From: Phoronis australis
Taxonomy: Eukaryota > Animalia > Phoronida
Length of the DNA stretch: 64,000 nucleotides
Direction: 5' to 3'
Assembly (NCBI GenBank): GCA_002633005.1
Contig: NMRA01000024.1
Coordinates: forward strand, 62,001-126,000
Shown here: positions 49,801 to 61,800 of the stretch, piece after piece
Layout: each line of letters opens with the position of its first letter
Numbering within the stretch: position 1 is the first letter of the stretch
Notes under the pieces: model-generated
What the model was told of the DNA's origin: nothing
The model's database searches: none
Seen by the model: only the letters and a program-made list of their open reading frames with translations
Program-made: the position numbers and the translations under genes

Positions 49801-52800
49801 AAATATACAAAAACAATGAATAAACAAAGTAACCCTACGTCAAACACACAGGGCTAAGGTTAAGGTAACAACTTTCAATTGGGCAGGAATTCTCCCACCA
49901 TGCAACAAACAAGATCTGACAACTTGTACATGCTTCAAACAAATTTGGATCGCTTCAATCAGTAGGGAACTGGACTTTTAGTTCTGGCTTCAACCATCGT
50001 CCTCGCATTACCCGGCCAATCTGTAACTCGGAAACCTACCTGAGCCCACTGTGTTTATGGTACGAAGCATTAGCAAAAATGCCACTGTCAAACCCTTACA
50101 ATATTTCACATAACAGATACCTCTGTAACAGAAAAAAAAGGCTTCCCTGGTTTACATGGGCTCCATTTTAAATGCAGTCAAAGCTCATAATCTGCTGTTA
50201 TACAGCTGGCCATTTGAGATCATATTTACGACAAAGATCCCAAAAATAATGGGCTTTCCCTTGATGGTGATTTGGTATATGTTATGTGAAATATCTCAAA
50301 AAGCTAATCATAACTCTCGTAGACATCTGGCACCACCTCCCCCTGTTGATTGCTCAGTTCTGATTGGCCAGAATTTATTCTCCCTCATTGGTCCACCTCC
50401 TGACTGACAGACAACAAAGTACAGTGTGCAGGTCAGTAAAAATAAAAACATACAGTGTGATAGGTGGAACTATATAATGGATATGAAGCATTCCAACAAC
50501 ACTGCATTCAAACAATTGTTTTATTAAAACAATTGCCGACAGACAGACAAATATGTACACGATTCCGATATCAAAATTAGTACCTAATGGTGTTTGTCGG
50601 GCGAATCAGAACATGGATAGCTTAGAGATAGAAGAACAGGCAATATTTTTCTTCAAATCTAAGTAGAAAACACAGTCACCTGGAGAACAGATCCCGCCTA
50701 CGGTATGTTGCATTGGCGAGGCAATCCACGCTAAGCCCAGCACACCGCGGCTGAATGACCAATGAGTGAATAAATGGGCCAAGCAAAACCTTCGCAAATA
50801 AGGATTGCTACTAAACGTCTGCAAATAAAATCAGAGCCATTACTCGTCAGAATTGACAAAGACAAGTGAGGGAAGCAGCGTGTCGCGTGTTGTGGCTTGT
50901 GAGTGGTGCCATCTGACGTCAGTCACTTCCAGGCTTGCCTGAATGATGAGAATTGTCATAGTCTGTCCTTCCTAATTTTTGGGCCACCTGGTTGTTGGAG
51001 GAAAGCTGAGAAACTGGTGCAGAGGTTAGGACATAGGTGGCACTCCAGTAACAAGCACTGGGTGATTGACACCAAGTAGAGTAGGAGCTTATTTTCAAGT
51101 TAAAGTTTGCCCAGAAAAAATGTTTTTTTGGCAAATAGTTCATAGGTAAAGTAGTTTGCATAAACAACGCTGCAATAAAAAGATATGTCTTTGAAATTGG
51201 GAGAATTGTCAACCAGACGTGCTTGTCTACTAAAGGCCACTGAACTAACACGAAAGTCACAGTACCAAAACGAAACAAGTTAAACTACATTGAAAGCACA
51301 ACACATGAATTAACATTCATAACTACAGACAAACAGGAAGCTTAGCATAGCAAGCGAGAAAAGCTTTGAACAAAAACAAAACTATAACACTCCACGCAGA
51401 CGACACAGATAAAATATGAGTCACCTTCAGAGCAAATACCACCAATGCCAAACTCAAACTTGGAAGCAATATATGCCAAGCCTAGAGTGCCGCTGCTGAA
51501 CGACCATGCCGTGAACAAGTGAGCTAAACAGAAAGTTCGATGAGGGTGGTAATAGGGCGCACTCTGAAATGCCTACAAAAAACAGACAAGGCTCTGAGTA
51601 GTATACAACAAAGCCATGCGCAGCAGACATCTATGCTGGTTTCAAGAAGCTGAAGCCAATTTTTATGAGCTCAGAGCTAGCTTCTAGCTAATGAGGGCGC
51701 TTTGAATGACAGAATGAATAGAAAAGATGGTTAATAGGTTTTGTTTGTGCATATTGAATTGTTTGCAACCAATTTCACGACTTTACAATATGAAAAACCC
51801 AAGAGCCTGAAAGAAAAGGAAGACCATCCTGTCAATGTCGTTTCCGTGGTGTAACGTCTGAAAATAAAGTTAGAGAACGTCAGTAGTTATAATCCCATGG
51901 TCAGTACAAGAAACGAACCTTTGAAGTTGACTACTTACTGCTATGAAGTTGGTCTCAGCTTGTTCCTTACTAGGACCAGAAGTGAGTTCTGGATTTGCAA
52001 AGAATTGATAGTTCGGTACTCCATTAGACCATGCTAGGTGTATAAAATTACTCGCCGTGAAAAGTAAACTTTTAGACCCTTATCTCAACCAATAACAAAC
52101 TGGCTCAGATAAGAAGGATTTCTGAACTAACAATTCGTTACTTTTTCGAGACCACGCGTAAAATGACACGCCTTGACAAGCCAACTTTTTGAGCCTACTC
52201 TCAAACAATAGAGAACCGTCACTTCTTTCAAAGCTCATAAATCTACTCCAATTTGGCTAAGCGACAATTTGAGAACAATTTCAAAACAGTAAATAGCCTA
52301 AATCAAAAGTTGGTTTCTGTGATGGAAGGTATGTTTATAACCACTTTAAAGAAACACATGCTTCTCACTACCTAAAACACAAATTATAAAGCAGGTTAGT
52401 CTAACACACACCATGTCTGGAATACTTCCACACTACCGATGGAAAACGAGTTCCATCTCCTAACTCAACAGGGCAACAGCTAATAAAACCGCTGTCAAAA
52501 TTCAATTAATTTTGGCATGGTTGGCCAATCTTTCCAAGACATGCTTCATATCAATTGTAGGCAAAAATGCAGGTAATCTCTTTATTTGTTTCGATGGCAC
52601 GGAACTGACAATTTTGAGACCAGTATTTTCAAGTTAATTTATTTCACAACTTCATAATTAGTCAGTCAGTTAGATGGAAATGTCCCGTTAACGAGTTGCA
52701 AAACATGCGGTTAAAGTTGAAAACTACTCGAGGTCAGGTTGGGAAAACAGAAAATATGAATTTGTCTTAAGCTGCTCTAAATAAATCTAGTTTTCAGCTT

Positions 52801-55800
52801 GATACAAATTCATAATCATGCAACTTGTCAGTGGCATTTGCAGGAGCTGGTACTACGTCGTTTTGGCTTAATTCACACATGTCTACCTACAAGACACATG
52901 TTTCGCTGAACCGCATAAAATCTTAGAACGAAGGTTTCCTTTCCACAAAAACTTGTCCATTTTTCAGAGAATTACACGAATCAAAATTTAAGACCCAGGA
53001 AGGACAAAAAATTATGGCAAAAATATCAGTCTACGCAAAAAATGTCAGAGTGGCCTGGCAAAAGTTCACAAAAAGATCTCAGTGTCCAGGCTGAAACATG
53101 TGATGCAGAAACAAAACACGGCAAAAAATGGCGTGCCACGTAACAAATCCAATATGTCAATACAGAGTGAATCAAACATCCAACACGCATGCAGTGTTAA
53201 TAAAAGACAAACAGATTTGGATTCACCCCCTATTAACCAGTTAACCATTTTGTATAGTTGTTAAAGCCAAAATGGACAACTGCAAACTTAAGATGCCACT
53301 GTAATACTTTCCATTGAAAGTGATTAGTACACGATTAGGTGATGAACACAAGAAGAACAAATGAGCGTTAGAAGGGAATACAGCATAACTTAGCAAAAGC
53401 ACTGTAGGTGGCGCCGTGTACCTCGACTACAGATCCCTCCGGCGACGTCTTGTCTGATGGAGGCAATGTAGGACAGACCGAGAGCGCTGGTCTCGGGTGA
53501 TTCGCCGACTGCCTGCGCCGTGAACAAGTGGGCCAGACAGACCTCAGTGCGATCAATGTCAGAGAACGCCTGCGACACACAGACAAACATCAATGGAATT
53601 AGGATGATTTCCAATCACACGAAGTATCAAAAACCAACCATCTACTTTCAAAATACATGTGTGTGGAGATATACACATCTGGGACGGTTATATGCTACAT
53701 TCACACTGATCAAGTTATAAGCGTCTTTTGCACTAATAAATTTCCGCCTACAATGCATGCAATTTAATCAGGAAATGAAATGTGTCAATTAAGAATTTCA
53801 CCATCACATTTAGATAGTTTTGTATTCTTGGATGAGTATACAGTAATACCACATTTTGCATGATACTAAAATGAAATTTTAATCTTGGAGATTACCAAAA
53901 TTATCAGTCAGAAAGAGCGGTACTAAAAACATAGGGTTTTGAATAAGATTTTGTATCGATGTTCATCTCCTTGTACTTTTAAAATTGCCAAAAACAATGC
54001 ATAGCTTAATGATTTTATTGCAGTCTCTGACAAAGCACTGAAGGTCTTCTGCTAAAATAATTAGCCAACTTCAACGAGCCTTTATCACTGAAAACTGCAA
54101 AAATGGTTAAATACACGATTAATGCAAAGCTGCATTAACACACTGTTAGCAGAGCCACCTAGTGGCAGGGACAAGAACTGAGAAATGCAAACGTAAGCAA
54201 AGTAATTACACAGCAGGATGCAAACCAAACGCAAGATATGTCTTACAGCCAACAGCAACTTAATCAGTTGATTTCATAATGACTAGCACTTAACATAACC
54301 ACTAACATTTTTAAGATTAAGGCAGTTTAACACAATTTGTCAGTTTTACAATAACCTGTCTTCATCTTGGGGCACTCGGTACCACACCTTGTGCTGCGTC
54401 TTTCGTCTTCCATTTTGGTAATACAGTAATTGTTGCATATTGCCAACCGCAGTTTCCCAACACACTGCATGCACTGCCCATGTTCCCCCTAATGCCAATG
54501 AAACTTTCCAAAGTCCATGTTCATCTAAATGCCCACCCCTAATCTCCACGATCCAGACTTCCATAAAAGTGCTTGCGTATGAAATTTGTTAAGGTCAATT
54601 GTACCCCAAATTAAAATAATGTCTTTTTCTCGAAATATCTATCTAGCCATAAGAATATAATTTCTGGAAAAAGGAATCGACACAAATCTATTTATGTCAT
54701 TCTGTGTCAGTCTCGTGGTCCGTGACCCCGCGATTTGGGCAAAAGGGCCGTTTTTTTAAAAGGTACAAGACGGGGAAAAAGATCTTACACCAGCATTCAC
54801 CAAAATTTCTGTATTAAAAAAACTGCTCAAAAATGTGTACGGGATTTCCCATAGTTAATGCCAAAGTTAGAGTTAAAGGAAACCTGCACACAACTTGAAT
54901 TTAATCAGTCATTTATATATTTTTAAACTTTTTAGTTAATTTTAAGGATGAAATGTGGCAAATGTATTGACAAGTCTTTGCAAAGATTTAATTTCGTAAC
55001 AGCTTAGATCTTTTAAAAGCAGAAGGGGTAAAGCGGCGACGTTCTGTTATTAAAAATTAGGAATTAAGATAAACTTCATTGATAGCAAAACAAAGCCACC
55101 TATAACAAGACAAAATTTCGCTGAAATCTCAAAAACAACACTTCAGTATTCTAAAGATCCATTTTATTCTTTTAATTTAGTAAACTTTAAGTGTTACAAA
55201 GACAAACAGCCCCCATGCAAAATGGAAACATTTGGAGCTTTGGAGAACAGAGCCAAATCAGCCATTTTTGACGACACATGGTGTTCCACACTTCGGCATA
55301 TTTGGGCATATTATACAAAATTTTCAACATTCAGGGTCTTTTAAACATTGGGCATTGCATGTGACTGAGCAGGCTAGAAAAAGACAGTGCTTTTAACAGA
55401 ACTGTCAGTAAGCCGAAATGATTTTTGACGGTTAAATATAGCAATAGTGATTGACACATGACCAGAAATCAAGGGAATGAGAAAAAAATTCAACACTGAA
55501 GTTTTATCAATCAAATTTCCGCTGGTGACAGCAATTCTGTGAGGTAGTTTGTTAATAAATTATAGTTTGAATGACCAGGGGCTGGCGTCTAATCTCCATA
55601 CTAGAAATTAAACTTGAGATTATTTTTTGGTATTTTCTGTTCTAGTTTTGTACGACTGTAGTCCGCGCTAGAGTCCATTATGGTTTAAATATGTATTTGA
55701 GTTTCTAGACTAAGTTTGCACTAGACGACACATAAATTCCTGCTACAAACTTGAGCAGAAATTCAGAAAAAAATTGACATTTCGAGTTCCGACTTGAAAT

Positions 55801-58800
55801 TTCAGCTTTAATGCTGGGGTCATCAAGTGCAGACTAGGTTTAAAAAGTTATCCACGTAAGTCAGCAAGTACTTGAGCACAGAATAAGAGACATTTTTCTT
55901 GAGTTCGAACAAAAGTAGAACAGAAAATGTGAAGAAAAATTTCAAATAAAAAAATTAGACCACGGGCCCAGGATTTTGAGAAATATCTATGAATTGAAAT
56001 ACAGATTACATACTTTCTGGCCAAGGCTTACTGACGTTTGTCAAGCAGTGAAGCATGATCAGATTGAGAAAGCAAACACAAATTAAGCACTTATCACAGA
56101 CAAGCATAGATATTGATAATGGCCAAACACCAGAGGCCAACAAACAAAATGTCGCAAACAATTAAATATGCACATTGAATTGGTAACTGAAACACATTCA
56201 AAACAAAATAATTTAAAACAGGGCTACACACAAGGACACTAAATTTGTAAAGAAAGAGTCAAGAACGTTTTGCCAAACAATGCACAAAACTACACAAAAG
56301 GTTTAGTAGAGCACACTATATTATATAACTTTATGTAGACCAGCAAGGTAACATAACATCATGTGTAAAGATAGACAGCACATGGATGCATATGAATGCA
56401 TGCAAACGATACAATATTTTGTAACTAAACATGCATAGTTATTGTGTTAGAAAACACCCAAATCTATTTTAATCCACGTCTTCCACTCCGCTCAGTGAAA
56501 GTAAGATAAAAAACTGGTTTAAAAACTCTTCACAGCACAGAGAATTTTTAGTTCTCAGTAAATCTTTTAAACACAGTGAAATTTTAAAAACTAATTCAAA
56601 GCTACCGCACAGGCCTAAATTATAAATGGACATCTGAATATTGGAAATTGATTCATGAATGTTTATGCCTTAACCCAACGTAAGACTGTCCAGCTGCTGA
56701 CAACAATATCTATTAGTCATTCACAGCTCTGAAATCGTAGTGCAAGGTGGGAAAATAGACACCATTGTGAGGCAGGTGATATTAACGCTTTACCAATATG
56801 TCAGAGTATACAAGTTGATTTCGGGTTATAGGGACCGACAAGGACCAATATTCTCCCAAGGTCCATATGACCTGATAATCCATGGAGATCAGTCTTTATT
56901 TGACTTGTATTATTACACGACCCGCGACCCATTTTTTCCTCCGACTTCTCGTCTCTCATTCGATAACTCTTTTCTCTCCTGCTTTCATGCACTAGCATTG
57001 TCTTTTTGCTTTGTTGTCAAGGATTTATGGTTTGAGTACTTTGGTCAAATCGTGAATAGTGACATCTGATGAGATTTATTCACAGCCTAGTCAGTCCGCA
57101 TTACCTCATGACACAAATTATCACACAGCATTTTAGCCAATCAGAGGATGGAAGTATCAGTGGCCATGTACTTGACCCGCGGATGAGTTTTGGAGACCCA
57201 TGGCTGATCACGAACGAGTACGATACGCCACCAGTTTCGTCACAGTAGGCCCATTTGCATCGACGCATCTCACCGGAGCTATAAACCATCACAACATGCA
57301 TGCAATTCAGTGTTTATGCCAATCTTAGATTCTATAAAACCGAGACCTCATCATGCTCAAAACATATGCAAATGTCGTGAAACACTTACCTCCAACAAAT
57401 CCTTTGTCTGCCAGCCTGTGTTTTCCATGTTATAATGGACGTCTCCTTTTTTCGCCACTTTCGTCCAATCAGTATGAACCTTTATCTACAAGCAAAGAAA
57501 GAACTGTTACTGTGAACAAAACAGTAAAATGTTTATCACATTTTTAGTCTGATCAGCATGCCACCTATGGGCACATCACTTGATCTAACGAATGTAAGCG
57601 ACCACTACTAAGTCTGATTGGATTTCTGTATTCCTCCGGCTCAGTGGACTAGAGCGTCTACACAGTTAGCAGAAGGTCCCGGGTTCGAGTCCCAGAAATC
57701 TTTTCACATGATGTGACCACAGGTGGCGTGCAGACCAGATTTAAAAGTATTAACGATATTCATTAATTTTCCAAAGTGTTGCATAGTATTCCCATTAAAG
57801 TACTTAAAACTACCGATTTCATACAAAACACCATAAAATAACCCTACCTGTCAATCAGGTGTCAAATAAGAGCACCTGCAAACACTGTCCGATGATATGT
57901 TAACGAGCTGATATCGAGTCACAAGGATTTATTGGTTGTTACATACTATGTAGAACTGGGGCAACCAATCAAAGCAGTAGTCATCCTGCGCTGTGTTTAG
58001 TGTGAAAATGTGTTAGATATTGCAGCTTGTTTACCCGTGGTGTTATATATTTAATGTCTTATTGTTGTTAATATGAATTTGTTCATGAGAGAAAATTTCA
58101 TGCCTGTTTATTTGCTCGCCAAATTTACTGCGTTTCTTATTATTTGTTTACAAATATTTGTTAGTCAAATTTACTGTGTTTCTTATTATTTGTTTACAAT
58201 TACCTTAATTTATGGTCAGCGTTGACTCGGGCGTCGATCTGAATGATCGATTTAGACAAATGCACCAGACTTGCATGGAGTAGTCAGATAAATGCACCAG
58301 ACTTGCATGGAGTAGTCAGATAAATGCACCAGACTTGCATGGAGTAGTCAGATAAATGCACCAGACTTGCATGGAGTAGTCAGATAAATGCACCAGACTT
58401 GCATGCAGTAGTCAGACAAATGCACCAGACTTGCATGGAGTAGTCAGATAAAACATAGCAGGAGACAAGTGGCAAGGTGCCGCTGAAAGTCTGACTGCCT
58501 ATAACTCAATTATGATTAACCCAGTTTCATGTTTTGGGAGTTATTAATTCACATAAAACAAGATGTTCACAAAGACACGGGTCCTTTCAAGGATCTTTCA
58601 ATCATGTAAATTGGGGGTGAGCGTTAAGCCAAGCAAAGGTGCTATAAAAAAGAAAGCATGCAAATTTCATGGGTGGGCATTAAATCGAACATGGGCGCTT
58701 GAAAAATGAAACTATTCAAATTTTATGGACTGGCGTTAAATCAAACATGGGCACTTGAAAAGTGAAAGTATGCAAATTTCACAGGTGGTCCTTAAATAGA

Positions 58801-61800
58801 ACAAGCGCATTAACCCGGACAAGCATAATAACTAAGATTTAGCTTTAAAACACGTATGTGTTCTCACATAATAGTCACATTGGCTGTATGGCTGAATGTG
58901 CATGCTTAATCTCACTTCACTCGCTTTAAGAGAAAATGACAAATGGGATGCATTAAACGAAATAATTCACCTCCTTTATTTCAAATCCAAAGTTTGTGAT
59001 GCCGGGTTCAAACTCAGTCCTCCTGTACAAGGCATCTACCCTCCCTATCAAGGCTATCTGAAACAGAAAGAAACTCTTGGTTACAAGTACGGTCAATATT
59101 AATTTCATTTAAAAATGCTCAAGNNNNNNNNNNNNNNNNNNNNNNNNNNNNNNNNNNNNNNNNNNNNNNNNNNNNNNNNNNNNNNNNNNNNNNNNNNNNN
59201 NNNNNNNNNNNNNNNNNNNNNNNNNNNNNNNNNNNNNNNNNNNNNNNNNNNNNNNNNNNNNNNNNNNNNNNNNNNNNNNNNNNNNNNNNNNNNNNNNNNN
59301 NNNNNNNNNNNNNNNNNNNNNNNNNNNNNNNNNNNNNNNNNNNNNNNNNNNNNNNNNNNNNNNNNNNNNNNNNNNNNNNNNNNNNNNNNNNNNNNNNNNN
59401 NNNNNNNNNNNNNNNNNNNNNNNNNNNNNNNNNNNNNNNNNNNNNNNNNNNNNNNNNNNNNNNNNNNNNNNNNNNNNNNNNNNNNNNNNNNNNNNNNNNN
59501 NNNNNNNNNNNNNNNNNNNNNNNNNNNNNNNNNNNNNNNNNNNNNNNNNNNNNNNNNNNNNNNNNNNNNNNNNNNNNNNNNNNNNNNNNNNNNNNNNNNN
59601 NNNNNNNNNNNNNNNNNNNNNNNNNNNNNNNNNNNNNNNNNNNNNNNNNNNNNNNNNNNNNNNNNNNNNNNNNNNNNNNNNNNNNNNNNNNNNNAGGAGA
59701 AGGCGAGGGAGGGAGGGGAAGGCGAGGGAGGGGAAGGCGAGGGAGGGAGGGGAAGGCGGGGGAGGTAGGGGAAGGCAGGGGAGGGAGGGAGGGAGGGAGT
59801 GACACTTTTATTTACATTAGGACATTCAGCAGCTAAACTTATTTAAGTTTTTACCAAAATGTCACATATTATACAGACGCCTTTCTAAATCAAAGCTAAA
59901 AATACTATGAAACAGAAAGTAACATTAACTGTACACTTAGTGAATACTCAGAACCAAATGATTGCCCTAATGTTTTACGCCAATATACCAATGATTCTAA
60001 ACAAAATGTCCCTCACACTTTTATTATGGTAAATAGTGACAGTGTTATGGTAAACAGTGACTTGTGTTTTGGTAAACAGTGACTTGTGTTTTGGTAAACA
60101 GTGACTTGTGTTTTGGTAAACAGTGACTTGTGTTATGCTAAAAAGCCACTTGTGTTATGGTAGTGATTTGTGCAATAGTGACAAGTGTAATTGGCATGTG
60201 TACAAGTTTACCTAGAAAGCAACTTTTGTGGGATTATTTTACATGGGCCATTCTAGATAAAAAATCTATCAACTCTAAACAAAGTGACTCACCAAATAGG
60301 CTGTTGCACTGGCCAGTTTATTCTGGCCCATTTCAGTAAAGAACCGATAATCAGCAACCAGCAGTAGGGGACATGCATTCTTCTTGGCGTCAAAAGCAGC
60401 ACGCTTCACTCGTTCCCCTGAAGACAGGAAGCAAATCATTACAGATAAAAGTTTATGCCACAGACAATAGGCCGAAATATGGAAAAACGTATCCAGCAAT
60501 CTGAACATGGACACCACTTTTGTATAAATAACTTCTGAAATGCAGTTTAGACCATGACCCAATTAGTTAAAAAGTGTCCCCAGGAGGTCTCCAAAACCTG
60601 CGTTTATCGAAGCTGTGTTATACAGAGGCTGACATAAAACATGATCTGAAATAGTAAATATGACAATTTCATTTAAATGTTCCTCCTTCACATCAACTAT
60701 TGAACTTTAAAAAGAGAACGTCTCTTTACATGCATAGGCTTTGCAGTTAACAACGACTAGCATGAATAAAGTTGGAATAGGACGTTCAACTTGTAAGAAA
60801 TTTATCACTTGATTATTTGATAATTGTATTATATTGTGTGCTTTCAAAAAAAGACTATTTTTTACTCAATAAATAAACAAATCAACCAATCAAACAGTCC
60901 ATCAACCAATCAATCAAATCAATTCCAAAGAACGGAAACAATGTTTAGTCCTGGTTAGACCAAATGCAAGTTGTAGTACAAGACAAAAGTAAACACTTCT
61001 GTCATCACTAATGCAGATCTGTTTACAGCAAAAATCAAAGGTAATAAATATTAGGACAGCAAAATTCTAATTGCAGCGTGGCTTAGCCATCTCCCTAACT
61101 CCTGTTAATTCCCTTAGCATTCTTGACCATTAGGTAAGGCTACTCTGACAATAAATTCGACTTCCGACCTGTCACGACAGGGAATTCCTCGTCATCTGTC
61201 TGAATACTTTTACCTTGTACTGTAGGTTAAATCGAAGACACAAACTTCAAACTTGGAAGACATTAACCATAAACAATTTTTCACACTGAGGTAACCAAGA
61301 ACTTCCTACTGCCCATGGCTTAACTGAATGTAATTAGGAAAACTCAAGAGTAGTAAGTCACCGAAAGAAACTATATTCCACACCAAACCATTATCAAAAA
61401 CAACGGTTTTCAAAGATGGGCCTTTAAGGGTAAAGGTGAAACGCATTTGCTGAACAAAAAGTCTTTCCACTCTTACGGTCCGTGAAGTGCCAAAAGTGTC
61501 ATCGCTTAATCACTAACAATAATTAAGATGTCAAAACTTACCTTGTGTTTCATTAGGTACGCTTTTGTCATATGATGTTCTTGGCTGCATGCTGTCTACA
61601 GGATTAGGAGGATTGACTGCGCCGCATACGCTTGGTCTAAGAACATTCACAAGAATTCTTCTATTTATTCATTTATTCATTACAAACTTCTTTAAAAGAC
61701 TGGGTGACCACTTCAGTGAATACACTGATTTTCAAGTGATACCAGTCGGAAATAATTACATGAAGTAAAATACAGACACCTATGTAGAATTAGATTGAAA

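Noticed and set aside
54346-57301. A fourth copy of the alternative catalytic exon (ORFs 54346-54564, 57101-57301)
   Set aside because: No CLAHLF/LGL/GGIC-like motif in the frames read. A very diverged copy cannot be excluded without a profile search.
58254-58452. CRISPR-like arrays (32-bp repeat here; 31-bp repeat at 40538-40719)
   Set aside because: Head-to-tail units with no unique spacers, in eukaryotic introns, with no cas genes. These are minisatellites.
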